The notes under the pieces are model-generated. The model made no database searches. It was not told the origin of the DNA and saw nothing but the letters and a program-made list of their open reading frames with translations. This document shows, in pieces, positions 1-8,842 of a stretch of 64,000 nucleotides of DNA. This stretch comes from an uncultured virus (IMG/VR IMGVR_UViG_3300043006_000086) (Duplodnaviria > Heunggongvirae > Uroviricota > Caudoviricetes), in IMG/VR virus record IMGVR_UViG_3300043006_000086, positions 1 through 64,000 of that record; one strand, written 5' to 3'. The position numbers were made by a program, and so were the translations under genes. Numbering within the stretch: position 1 is the stretch's first letter; every line of letters begins with the position of its first letter.

Positions 1-397
1 CAATATAAAGCTGTCCAGTAAAAGTATTATGATAATTGTAATTAGGATACTGACCTAATGGGGTCGTAGTAGTAATATAAGAATCACTAATCATATTTGC
101 TGGAATTGATGATGCAGTAGTCGTATTACTAGAAATCATATTTTCGTTTTTCAACCTCTCTTTCAATTCAACATCATAGAAAAATTGACCGAAAGATTTA
201 TCATTGATAGCATAAATACACATTTCCTTCGTATTCTCGGAAGGATAAAGATGAATCATGCCTTCAGATTCATTGTAACTAAAGGATACCGATCCAAAAG
301 AATCTACTTTTGACAGAATCCGCCATTCTTTATAAGGGATTCTTTTATAATTTCCGCGCTCTACCTCTCTTTGGAAAAGATCCATTAAGAATTTCAT
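1..397 (-). CDS. Hypothetical phage protein (partial, runs off left edge)
   Basis: Manual translation from ATG at 397 (MKFLMDLFQREVERGNY...), open to position 1; GTGGTGG SD-like upstream. Confidence 0.7.
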   Translation of the reverse strand, partial: MKFLMDLFQREVERGNYKRIPYKEWRILSKVDSFGSVSFSYNESEGMIHLYPSENTKEMCIYAINDKSFGQFFYDVELKERLKNENMISSNTTTASSIPANMISDSYITTTTPLGQYPNYNYHNTFTGQLYI

Positions 398-420
398 TTT
401 TCCACCACTTAAAGAATTTT

Positions 421-627
421 TCATAATCTTTTAGTCACCTCTTCTCTGATATACTGTAAATCATTTTCTGACAAATTATCTTTTCCAGAAAGATCAATGT
501 TAAAATTAAGTTCTCCATCGTAAGCTTTAGAGATAATCTCATTTACAATATCTTCAAGCTGTTGCTGATGATAAGCATAAGCAAAAAAAACATCATTTTG
601 AATATTTCTATCTGAAGATAATCTCAT
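421..627 (-). CDS. Hypothetical protein
   Basis: ORF track; ATGA overlap with upstream gene; SD GGAAAGG. Confidence 0.7.
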   Translation of the reverse strand: MRLSSDRNIQNDVFFAYAYHQQQLEDIVNEIISKAYDGELNFNIDLSGKDNLSENDLQYIREEVTKRL

Positions 628-800
628 TTTTCCTTTCCTTCCATTATAATTTTTTCAGCATAGAATGTAATAACTAAAATGATTGGCATAATAGTTATAA
701 TCCATGAGGGTTCTTTACCCGCAATCCATGAGACGATGCATAGTCCAAGAATAAGAACCCACGCGCATAAGAAAAATATAGAAATAGTTCTCTGACTCAT
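624..800 (-). CDS. Small two-helix membrane protein
   Basis: Likely start MSQRT at 800 after GGAGGTG; two hydrophobic segments. Confidence 0.7.
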   Translation of the reverse strand: MSQRTISIFFLCAWVLILGLCIVSWIAGKEPSWIITIMPIILVITFYAEKIIMEGKEK

Positions 801-1534
801 TATTTTACTTTCACCTCCGAACATCTAGTAAGAATCGTCTGTTTAACGTTTTTGTAGGTGCTATGGTCTTTAATAGTTCCTTTAATATGTTTTTCACTTC
901 CAGCTTCCCAAGCCCGAGAAGCAGTAATCCAAACATATTCATTCATATCAGCATCCCGCATAATATGAATATTGCTATGACCAAATCTGCTTTCAATTCC
1001 GAACATTTTAACAACAGTTACTTTAAGTTCAATTCGATCACCAATCTTGCCCTGGAACTGAGAAGGAGATTCCTCATAAAGGGCGGCGTCAACTTCTCGC
1101 TGCACAATATCATCATTAAAAAGTTTCTCTGTTTCATCGCTGCCCACCTTCGCCCATTCAAGACGAACTGCGGTAAGACCTTCTGGAATCTCTGGAAGTT
1201 CATCAGTGGATTTAAAACTCCATCCCCAGAATTTACGGTAGGTTGCGCCATGCTCTTTAAACCATTCTTTATAAGAATAAGTATCTCCCTTAAAAATGGT
1301 AATATATCCCTCAGAGAAACCTAAAATTTCTTTCTGAGATTTCCAATATGGATCATTGCTATGATCTGTTGGAGCTTCAACGCCATACATTTTTTCATAC
1401 TGCTGGTCTGTGTACCAACGAACCTGGCGCTCTGTACCTGTCTTCGGGTTACGAACTTTAACATACATACGACCACTTACTTTATAAGGTTCTGTGATAA
1501 TTTCCATACTCTGAAAACTTTTTGCAACTGCCAT
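800..1534 (-). CDS. Phage protein with C-terminal OB-fold-like domain (putative nucleic-acid binding)
   Basis: 244 aa; C-terminal GKIGDRIELKVTV...IKGTIKDH...KQTILTR pattern typical of phage OB folds; own promoter at 1569-1597. Confidence 0.65.
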   Translation of the reverse strand: MAVAKSFQSMEIITEPYKVSGRMYVKVRNPKTGTERQVRWYTDQQYEKMYGVEAPTDHSNDPYWKSQKEILGFSEGYITIFKGDTYSYKEWFKEHGATYRKFWGWSFKSTDELPEIPEGLTAVRLEWAKVGSDETEKLFNDDIVQREVDAALYEESPSQFQGKIGDRIELKVTVVKMFGIESRFGHSNIHIMRDADMNEYVWITASRAWEAGSEKHIKGTIKDHSTYKNVKQTILTRCSEVKVK

Positions 1535-1568
1535 ATTTTTACCATTCCTTTCTTAACTTTCTATAAAT

Positions 1569-1597
1569 ATTATACTAAAATTTTTATAAAAAATCAA
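1569..1597 (-). promoter_or_regulatory. sigmaA-like promoter, TTGATT class
   Basis: TTGATT-N17-TATAAT on minus strand. Confidence 0.7.
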
Positions 1598-1603
1598 TAT
1601 TGA

Positions 1604-1903
1604 TTATATGCACCAACCGCAGCGACCTACATCTAAAATGCAAACTAATTTATTGCAAATACATTCCCATTCTTCTTTTGTAATATTATATTTTTCTAAA
1701 ACAGAAGTTTCGCAAGTTTCATTGCGATAAAATGTATTATTTGGGCATCCATACGCTAAAAAATCTTCATCTTCATCAGATAAAGCAAACTCTCTTCCAG
1801 AATCAGAGAATCCAAAATCATTTTTATCAGCTTGGACTCCATTGATTTTAAAAGTTTTTAATTCACAAGGTAATGCATCATAAGGTTCAATCTGTATAAT
1901 CAT
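1604..1903 (-). CDS. Hypothetical protein with C-terminal CGWC motif
   Basis: ORF track; AAAGGTG SD; promoter 1936-1964. Confidence 0.75.
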   Translation of the reverse strand: MIIQIEPYDALPCELKTFKINGVQADKNDFGFSDSGREFALSDEDEDFLAYGCPNNTFYRNETCETSVLEKYNITKEEWECICNKLVCILDVGRCGWCI

Positions 1904-1964
1904 TATTTTATCACCTTTCTTTTATTTATATAAATATTATAATATATTTTTAATATAAAATCAA

Positions 1965-1997
1965 AAAAGGACTTTTACTGATAGTAAAAGTCCTTTT
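1965..1997. terminator. Bidirectional intrinsic terminator
   Basis: AAAAGGACTTTTACT-gat-AGTAAAAGTCCTTTT inverted repeat downstream of 2002..2667. Confidence 0.8.
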
Positions 1998-2001
1998 ATA
2001 T

Positions 2002-2667
2002 TTATTCAAAAATTGATGTATCAATAATTGCAAAATTAGCTCTATGAATATAAACCATTTTCCCATCAATATTTACTTCTGTCGTCTTAGGAAGATTTGT
2101 AGATAGTTTCCAAGTTACATTTTTACCCATATACATACAGATTGGGTTTCCATTTTGAGACTGAATTATTACAATTTTACTTCCAGTTTTTTTATTTGCA
2201 TAATCTGCGGTTTTCCACCACCAATCAAGAGTCCAATAATCCGAAACCAGTAAACTGTTAGGAGTGGAAATTTCAACCGAATCGCCAGTAGATAAAGTTA
2301 CTTCATCTTCTGGAAGTTCGCAATCATATTTTGTAAGAGATTTATCTGCAAAAATAATGGTACTTCCACAAGATTCTATATCATTTCCATCAATCGAAAC
2401 TGACATAACAGAAGACGTTGTGTATGAATAGGTCCAGTTTCCAGAAGTGTCATACGCATATTCTTTTACTTTATTAGGTTTAATATCAAATGAAGTTCCG
2501 GAAACTTCAAGCCACTGAGTTCCATAGTTATCATAAAAAGTCGCTGCGAATGAAAGTTTTGTATCACTGTCTGATTCAATATGCGTTACAGTCTGGTCTG
2601 TGCATCCAGTTAAGCAGGTTATTGCAATAAGGAAAACCGCAATTATTTTCCATAAACGTTTCATCAT
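2002..2667 (-). CDS. Lipoprotein, DUF5052-like
   Basis: Signal peptide with lipobox LTGC; SSVMSVSIDG..IESCGSTIIF motif resembles DUF5052 as I recall it. Confidence 0.65.
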   Translation of the reverse strand: MMKRLWKIIAVFLIAITCLTGCTDQTVTHIESDSDTKLSFAATFYDNYGTQWLEVSGTSFDIKPNKVKEYAYDTSGNWTYSYTTSSVMSVSIDGNDIESCGSTIIFADKSLTKYDCELPEDEVTLSTGDSVEISTPNSLLVSDYWTLDWWWKTADYANKKTGSKIVIIQSQNGNPICMYMGKNVTWKLSTNLPKTTEVNIDGKMVYIHRANFAIIDTSIFE

Positions 2668-2722
2668 CTTATCCTCTCTTCATTGATTTTTTCAGATTTT
2701 TTTGGTATATTATAAATAAATA

Positions 2723-2908
2723 TTAAATTCGACGATTCCATTTATTAATGGCTTCTTCTTTAGTTTTACCCCTTACGATAGCTTTGTAAAGCCTATTTGG
2801 GCATTGAACATATGTATTTCCGACTTTATCTCCAAAAGGAGAAACAATTAAAATATCTTTAGTTTCTCCGCAGAAAGGACAACCTTTAATTATGTTTACT
2901 TCATTCAT
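2723..2908 (-). CDS. Lar-like (restriction alleviation) small zinc-binding protein
   Basis: CPFCG ... VQC ... EEAINKWNRR signature. Confidence 0.7.
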   Translation of the reverse strand: MNEVNIIKGCPFCGETKDILIVSPFGDKVGNTYVQCPNRLYKAIVRGKTKEEAINKWNRRI

Positions 2909-3192
2909 TACACTATTTCCTCCACATAATAGTCAAGCCATGTTGACATTTCTTCTTCATAAAATTCTGTTGCATATTCATCGGCTTTTTCCAAGCCTTC
3001 TTCAACAGCCTGATGATAGCAGTCTGCCCAGAAAAGAAGACCATAAAGACCAACATAAGAATTATACTCTTCAACTGCGAGATCATAAGCATACTCAACT
3101 GCTTGATCATATGTATCAAAATGTTCGGTTTCTATGTATTTTGCGCCACCAAATCCACCTGCGAGTCCCGCATAAATTTTATACTGTGCCAT
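2908..3192 (-). CDS. Acidic hypothetical protein
   Basis: ORF track; AGGAG SD; YKIYAGLAGGFGG motif. Confidence 0.75.
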   Translation of the reverse strand: MAQYKIYAGLAGGFGGAKYIETEHFDTYDQAVEYAYDLAVEEYNSYVGLYGLLFWADCYHQAVEEGLEKADEYATEFYEEEMSTWLDYYVEEIV

Positions 3193-3205
3193 ATTTATTC
3201 TCCTT

Positions 3206-3715
3206 TTAATTCGTTAAATCAATATTATAATCACTGGTTACAGATCCTTCTGGAATATAGAAGTAATATTCAACATCATAAAATTTATCGAGTACAAGAT
3301 ATTTAAAAATACCAGTAACTTCATATTTTCTTACATGAACAAAAGGCTGTTCATCTTCACCTTCGGTGAAGTTAAGATAACTTTTTTTCGCAGGAACGTT
3401 ATCAAATGTAATTCCTTTTCCATCTTCATCTTCGTAAAGGTAGAAGTAATTAAGATCATTCTGCGCAGAATACGTTTTACAAACATAAGTTTTATGGACA
3501 TAAGATGTTGTTACATTATCTTGTATAGCGTATATTGGAATATCATATTCTTCAGATATTACGATAGAAGATGCTGGGACAAAGGCTGTTGCAATACAAG
3601 CAATCATCATCCCAAATAAGCCCATAATAAAAGTAAATAATACACCAAAGAAATATTCATCATCTTTTAAACAAAGAATTAATCCAACAATCGCAAAACC
3701 AAAAATAAAAATCAT
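3206..3715 (-). CDS. Membrane-anchored hypothetical protein
   Basis: Start moved to MIFIF after GAGGA SD; two N-terminal hydrophobic segments. Confidence 0.7.
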   Translation of the reverse strand: MIFIFGFAIVGLILCLKDDEYFFGVLFTFIMGLFGMMIACIATAFVPASSIVISEEYDIPIYAIQDNVTTSYVHKTYVCKTYSAQNDLNYFYLYEDEDGKGITFDNVPAKKSYLNFTEGEDEQPFVHVRKYEVTGIFKYLVLDKFYDVEYYFYIPEGSVTSDYNIDLTN

Positions 3716-3731
3716 AATTTTATCCTCACTT

Positions 3732-4199
3732 TCAATAATTAGTTTTATAGTTATCGCAAACAAAATGTTGCGCTTGCCGCAAGCATCCTACTTCATCATG
3801 GTAGCAATGGCAATTTACTTTACAAGTTTTTTCAACTCGCTCTGGATTTTGAACTGAACACATTGATATCATTGGACCTTTGCGGACTTCTTTAGTTACC
3901 ATTGGAGGAATATTAATTGGATTTGATTGAAAATCGCAATTACTTTCAAAAGTTATACAAGTAATACAAGTATTTAATCTGGAAAAGCAATCAGGGCAAA
4001 TAATATGTTGCTCGTCAATGATTTCTGATCCATCTAAGATATAGTTGCCACAAATGTCACAAGTATTAAGGTCTGTTATGCGGAAATTGGGGCAATAGTA
4101 GCTTTGAGGATCTTGGATCAAAACCCCAGTCCTCTTACAGGTTGGACCTTTAGTCGCATTAACCAGGAGCCCGCAATTTTTACAATAGTTTATTTTCAT
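3732..4199 (-). CDS. Cys-rich (multi zinc-binding) hypothetical protein
   Basis: Several CxxC pairs. Confidence 0.75.
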   Translation of the reverse strand: MKINYCKNCGLLVNATKGPTCKRTGVLIQDPQSYYCPNFRITDLNTCDICGNYILDGSEIIDEQHIICPDCFSRLNTCITCITFESNCDFQSNPINIPPMVTKEVRKGPMISMCSVQNPERVEKTCKVNCHCYHDEVGCLRQAQHFVCDNYKTNY

Positions 4200-4444
4200 C
4201 GTCGTTTTCTGTCCTCCTCAACTTCTTTTATTTTACGGTTATATTCTTCAATAGAGTATTCAACGGTAGAAGCCGGAGAGTTTGGAAATAGTTTTGCCTC
4301 AAGCATGTCATCGGTATAGGTCGTTACAAGAACCTGCATGGCTTCCATATAAGTATGCGCGATAAGTGAACCATAAATAGTTTCTGGCTCATTATTTTCA
4401 TCAAGAATAATAACTCGATAAATAAATTCATATTCTTCTGGCAT
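4196..4444 (-). CDS. Hypothetical protein
   Basis: ORF track; AAGGAG SD. Confidence 0.7.
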   Translation of the reverse strand: MPEEYEFIYRVIILDENNEPETIYGSLIAHTYMEAMQVLVTTYTDDMLEAKLFPNSPASTVEYSIEEYNRKIKEVEEDRKRR

Positions 4445-4456
4445 ATTTTACTCCTT

Positions 4457-4768
4457 TTAAGTTATTGAAAAGAAAAGATATGTTCCAATAGAACTGATTT
4501 CATAAAGCTCTGGAGCGAGTCGATTAAACTCAGTGGAGATTTCGATTATATCATCTTCTGTTGGAGTGACGGAACCAAGAGGATCAATGCCAACATCACT
4601 TAAAGACTGAAGAATCTTTCCGAAGATGATTTCATCATTCTCTTCATAACAGTTGGTATAAAGAATATAATCGCTGTTATATAGTTTTGGATATTTTCTT
4701 ATGTCAGCTTGGGTGACCGCAAATCCAAGGGCGATACCGGCTTTAAAATCAACGCTCATATTAGACAC
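4457..4768 (-). CDS. Hypothetical protein
   Basis: ORF track; overlaps the end of the upstream gene. Confidence 0.7.
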   Translation of the reverse strand: MSNMSVDFKAGIALGFAVTQADIRKYPKLYNSDYILYTNCYEENDEIIFGKILQSLSDVGIDPLGSVTPTEDDIIEISTEFNRLAPELYEISSIGTYLFFSIT

Positions 4769-5021
4769 CTTTTATCTTTCTAATGTTATGCCAATCAAGG
4801 ATATTGGTTGTTGACTTTCCATCACCAGCTAAAAGATAGATTTTATCATCGGGAAAGTATTGTTTATAGTGGCAAAGCACATGATATATATTTTCGCGCA
4901 ATAAAGCACGAGCTTCGCTTTCAAGTCGCTCAAAGCGCCCATCAACTTGGGCTTTTAGGTTTTTAGCATCTTCATAGCTTATATTGGCTAAATCATCGTC
5001 GCTTATATAGGTTTTTCCCAT
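4761..5021 (-). CDS. Hypothetical protein
   Basis: ORF track; AAAGGA SD; TTGATT-class promoter at about 5055-5083. Confidence 0.7.
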   Translation of the reverse strand: MGKTYISDDDLANISYEDAKNLKAQVDGRFERLESEARALLRENIYHVLCHYKQYFPDDKIYLLAGDGKSTTNILDWHNIRKIKGV

Positions 5022-5250
5022 AAAATATCATATCCTTTCTTATTTTCTATAATTATTATATCATATTTTTTTTAAAAAATCAATTGGAGTTTTAATTAGC
5101 TAGATAGATTTAAAATATTAATATAGGCCAAAAAAGACAAAAAATTATTTAATAATCTTTAAATTTCAACGAAGGAAACTTTTATAATCGGTTTCCGACG
5201 GTTTTTAACGAAAACCAAAAATTCCAAAAGCAAAGGAGACAAAATTTAAT

Positions 5251-5433
5251 ATGGAACAGCAAATTAACAAAATAATTTATTCATTACATATTATGAATGA
5301 ATTGGTCGAAATGGGCAATATCCCAATAGGTATTATGCCGAATCCTAAAAATCCCAAATATAATTGTTGGATTTTTGAGGTTACAGATAAGTTTAAAGAG
5401 GATTTAAACGTCGTTTTGGGAGGTAAAAAATGA
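5251..5433 (+). CDS. Small DUF5659-like protein
   Basis: NPKNPKYNCWIFE pattern; AAGGAG SD; coupled to the next gene. Confidence 0.55.
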   Translation: MEQQINKIIYSLHIMNELVEMGNIPIGIMPNPKNPKYNCWIFEVTDKFKEDLNVVLGGKK

Positions 5434-5813
5434 ATGAAGGAAGAAGTTTTATTTTTTATCCAGAATGGCGTGAGTGCGTTAATAAGATCGCAGATCCTGA
5501 GGATCGGTATGCATTACTGCAAATGATTATGGACTATGGTTGCGCGGGTGAGTATTCGAAAGATAATGCGATTATGGTCCCAATATTTGAAACTTTAATA
5601 AAACCTAAAATAGATTATGCTCAACAAAAATATCAAGAAAAAGTAGAAAATGGTAAAAATTATGGTCGAAGAAAGAGAGTAGATGACGAGACGGTTAGGG
5701 AGTTGGCGAGAGATGGCAAGTCTGCGAAAGAAATAGCTGACTTTTTTGAAGTTTCTACAAATGCGATTTATCATAATGAAGGATGGAAAAATAGATTTAA
5801 ACAAAATTTGTAA
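5430..5813 (+). CDS. Replisome-organiser-like N-terminal domain (DUF6291-like) fused to a C-terminal HTH
   Basis: SFIFYPEW...ALLQMIMDY...KVENGKNYGR N-terminus; KSAKEIADFFEVSTNAIY HTH. Confidence 0.6.
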   Translation: MNEGRSFIFYPEWRECVNKIADPEDRYALLQMIMDYGCAGEYSKDNAIMVPIFETLIKPKIDYAQQKYQEKVENGKNYGRRKRVDDETVRELARDGKSAKEIADFFEVSTNAIYHNEGWKNRFKQNL

Positions 5814-6160
5814 AAATTGCTCAATAGTTACTACAAAAATTTGTAGTAATATAAGGTGATTTTCTACAAAAATTTGTATTTTTGCGGTGATAAAAGTATT
5901 AAAAAATTTGTAGCAAGATTTCTACAAATTTTTGTAGAAAATATAAAAATTAGCTACAAATTTTTGTAGAAAGTATTGTGATTTACTACAAAAATTTGTA
6001 GCAAAAATTTGTAGTAATGTTGTATTTTTAAATGTTTACTACAAAAATTTGTAGTTTGCTCTATTACTATACAAAAACTACAAAAATTGTCACTTCGTTC
6101 CAATTTTAGTAGTTTATAGGAAATACAAATTTTGTCGCTTCGCTCCAAAATTTGTATTTC
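5799..6160. repeat. Array of CTACAAAAATTTGTAG quasi-palindromes (iteron-like; putative origin)
   Basis: Copies end at 5813, 5846, 5879, 5913, 5937, 5969, 6001, 6014, 6054, plus partial copies to ~6157. Confidence 0.85.
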
Positions 6161-6278
6161 TACCGTGCGATATTTCGTTCGAGCGGGAGAGGAAGCGAGG
6201 GTCCAAGAAGGGATTTAGAAAAATGAAATGAAAAATCGCCCAAGGAACAAATGGAAATTTGAAATGAAAAATCCGTAA

Positions 6279-6307
6279 TTGATTTTTTATTTAATTTTTG
6301 ATATAAT
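6279..6307 (+). promoter_or_regulatory. sigmaA-like promoter, TTGATT class
   Basis: TTGATT-N17-TATAAT with TG at the extended -10 position. Confidence 0.7.
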
Positions 6308-6345
6308 TATTTTAAAGATAAAAGTTAAATAGAAATGAAAGGAGA

Positions 6346-6750
6346 ATGGCTATGCCCGAAGATTTTTCAAGGCGAAGAGGTAATGTTGGAAATTATCATG
6401 GTACGCCGGTTTATGTTGTAGAGCGAGATGAGTACAAGCCCACTGAAAGAGATGATAAGGCTTTTCTTGTTATTAAGAATGGGTCTTATGGAGATATGTA
6501 TTTGGTTTATAAGAATCGGATTATTGGAGAGTGTACTCGATATGGACAGGTGACAGAGTTTAATAATTTTCTTCCTTGGTTTGATTCTAAGGAACCGTCA
6601 GAAGAGGTAAAAGAAGAGAAGTTAGAGAAGACTAAAGCGCATAAGGTGGTTAAAGAGCCGGAGCCTAGTTATGAGGTTGAGATTAATTTTGAGAAGATGA
6701 TGGCGCCGATTGATGATTTTTTGAAATGGGCAGGGGAGAGAGATATTTAA
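6346..6750 (+). CDS. Hypothetical protein (own promoter and terminator)
   Basis: ORF track; AAAGGAG SD. Confidence 0.75.
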   Translation: MAMPEDFSRRRGNVGNYHGTPVYVVERDEYKPTERDDKAFLVIKNGSYGDMYLVYKNRIIGECTRYGQVTEFNNFLPWFDSKEPSEEVKEEKLEKTKAHKVVKEPEPSYEVEINFEKMMAPIDDFLKWAGERDI

Positions 6751-6774
6751 GGAGGACGAAAGTCCTCCTTTTTT
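6749..6774 (+). terminator. Intrinsic terminator
   Basis: AAGGAGGAC-gaaa-GTCCTCCTT plus T run. Confidence 0.85.
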
Positions 6775-6832
6775 ATTGTCTTTTGGAAAAATTAAGAAAA
6801 AAGAGGGGAAAGGCAGAAAAAAAAGAAAATAA

Positions 6833-6936
6833 GAAAAATGGAGAGATGGAGAAAATAGAGAGAAAATGTAGAGAATAGAGAGATGGGGAGAAAAATGGAG
6901 AGATGGGGAGAAAATAAAGAGAAAATGTAGAGATGT
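6833..6936 (+). repeat. Purine-rich direct repeat
   Basis: GAAAAATGGAGAGATGG(GG)AGAAAATA(G/A)AGAGAAAATGTAGAGA at about 6833 and 6890. Confidence 0.75.
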
Positions 6937-7054
6937 GGTGGCCCGGCCGGTCCCCAACACTGTGTCACAATTTATCGAGATCGTTATCGTTTCTAAAACT
7001 CTCTCCTCTCCTCTATAATCATAGCTACGCTATTCTCATTGTCAATTTTTGCAA

Positions 7055-7097
7055 TAAAAAATACCCCGCATGAAAACTTGTTCATGCGAGGCAAAAT
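7055..7097 (-). terminator. Intrinsic terminator for 7123..7536
   Basis: CGCATGAA-aacttg-TTCATGCG stem with flanking A runs. Confidence 0.65.
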
Positions 7098-7122
7098 ATA
7101 AAAATAATCGTGGCTTTTTTAA

Positions 7123-7536
7123 TTACATCAGTCCACTTGCTTTAAGAAAATCCGCAATCGGGTCTTCCTTTGCTATCTGAATTTTATCTTTTGGGGCAGT
7201 TGCAATAAGAGAATCAAGGAATGGCTTCATCTGCTTAATCTCTGCGGACGCGGACTCAAATACTTCGATCAACTCATTACCCAGCTTATCAGAACCTTTA
7301 GTCAGATCAATCAGACCGCCCAACTCAAGGTCCGGGAAAAAGTCGTGAACAAAAGTAAGAATATCCTGGGCAAGCTGCTCTGCGCGCAGTCGCTTCTCTT
7401 CCTCTTTCTTATTAGCTTCCTCCTGGTTTTTCTTCTCGTCGATCGCTGCATTAAGATTTGCTACAAACTCCTGTGCGATTGCGTCTGCATCCTTACCATC
7501 CTGAAGCATTGCTAAAATTGTCTCTTTACTCATCAT
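7123..7536 (-). CDS. Hypothetical helical protein
   Basis: ORF track; AAGGAG SD; promoter 7587-7615. Confidence 0.8.
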   Translation of the reverse strand: MMSKETILAMLQDGKDADAIAQEFVANLNAAIDEKKNQEEANKKEEEKRLRAEQLAQDILTFVHDFFPDLELGGLIDLTKGSDKLGNELIEVFESASAEIKQMKPFLDSLIATAPKDKIQIAKEDPIADFLKASGLM

Positions 7537-7792
7537 AATATCTTTCTCCTTTTGGAATCATTCTTTTTTCTTTATCTTATGTATATATTATAACAAAAAT
7601 TTTTTAAAAAATCAATTGCGGATCTTTTGATTTAGGTTGCGCCCGGAAATTTTTTTATTTTTTTATATTATATCAAATTTTTTTTACAAAAGTCAAAGAC
7701 GTACTCACGATCGATAACTTTTGCTCTTCTGGATTAACTACAGAGTAGCTACGCTATTACCTCAGAAGAGAGCGACGACTAGAAAATTTGAA

Positions 7793-7949
7793 GCATATGA
7801 GGTGGCGCCGGTCCCACGGTGAGCAAAAACGAGCCATATGAGGCGTCGCTCCGGACGCCGGGCTAGGTCCGCCCGGAGGTTTCGGGTTTCGGGAAAATGG
7901 GCGCGCATATGAGACCGACCTACAGTGAGCAAAAAATTCGCATATGGGG
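7793..7949. repeat. GC-rich region with a duplicated CATATG / GTGAGCAAAAA unit
   Basis: CATATG at 7794, 7835, 7906, 7941; AC(G/A)GTGAGCAAAAA-N5-CATATG twice. Confidence 0.75.
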
Positions 7950-8066
7950 GTCCGGCCGGAAGTTCGGGCCGCTTCGCTCCCGAACGGCCCGTTGATTCAG
8001 CGCAGTAGTAACGCGTTACTTCGTTAAAGTGTTACACTTCAACGCGCTAAAGCGACGTGCGCAAGC

Positions 8067-8094
8067 AAAAGGCTGGGTGTCATTACACCCAGCC
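8067..8094 (-). terminator. Intrinsic terminator closing the early island
   Basis: GGCTGGGTGT-aatg-ACACCCAGCC followed by TTTT on minus strand. Confidence 0.75.
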
Positions 8095-8099
8095 CGGCC

Positions 8100-8240
8100 T
8101 CAGTCTTCCTCTTCATGCTCATCCCTAAATCCCTGCTCAGGGCAGTCGCGCCAAGGATTCCGCAACATGCAACCCCCATCTGCGTAGTAAGGGCAGTCCC
8201 AATTATCATCAATGCAATCCCAATCAACTGGCTTTTTCAT
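8100..8240 (-). CDS. Small acidic 4-Cys protein (paralog of 20173..20325)
   Basis: MKKPVDWDCIDDNWDCPYYADGGCMLRNPWRDC...EEED; GAGAGG SD; own promoter. Confidence 0.75.
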   Translation of the reverse strand: MKKPVDWDCIDDNWDCPYYADGGCMLRNPWRDCPEQGFRDEHEEED

Positions 8241-8332
8241 TTCTTTTACCTCTCTTTCATTTGATACACTTATTTTACCATGAAAAAACATCGTTGTCAA
8301 GAGAAAAATCCCAATTTCTTGGGATTTTTTCT

Positions 8333-8743
8333 TTATTTTTTCGGTTTTCGCTTCTGAACAAGCGTAAATTCATAGGTTTCATCCCCAATTTGGAAAGAAA
8401 TCTGTCTTTCTGCATTAGTAATTGTAACATTTTCATAGGAAATTTCGGAATTTTCCTGCAAAAACTGTGCAATTTGTGCAATTACACCAGATTTTGTGGT
8501 GTTTTCTTTCTTTTTTTTCTCGAATTTATAGGTTGTAGGCTTCTTTGTGGTAGTTTTTGTACCAGTCTTAGTGTTCGCCTTAACTACCTTTTTCTGCTCT
8601 TCTGTCAAGTCATTTGTGACTTCCTTCATTGACATTTTATCGACCTCAAGGTCATCCATTACAAGGGCAAGTGCTTCATCTCTGGACAGACCTAAAACTT
8701 TCATCTGTTTGGAAACTTCCTTTTCAATCTGTTGTGGTGTCAT
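8333..8743 (-). CDS. Hypothetical protein, partner of wHTH (paralog of 12795..13163)
   Basis: Shared KQMKxLGLxRxEA, TxYKF and ERxxxF motifs. Confidence 0.85.
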   Translation of the reverse strand: MTPQQIEKEVSKQMKVLGLSRDEALALVMDDLEVDKMSMKEVTNDLTEEQKKVVKANTKTGTKTTTKKPTTYKFEKKKKENTTKSGVIAQIAQFLQENSEISYENVTITNAERQISFQIGDETYEFTLVQKRKPKK

Positions 8744-8842
8744 TTTATCGACTTCCTTTCTTCATTTGATACATTAAGTATAGCACACAATTCTAGATCT
8801 GTCAAGAGTTTTTTAAACTTTTCCCCTACGGGGAGGGGAGGA

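Noticed and set aside
5799..6160. Palindrome array as a CRISPR array
   Set aside because: The 16-bp unit with ~16-nt gaps is too short for repeats and spacers
7650..8100. tRNA genes in the GC-rich non-coding blocks (also 22980-23200)
   Set aside because: No cloverleaf with a T-loop and acceptor stem found by eye
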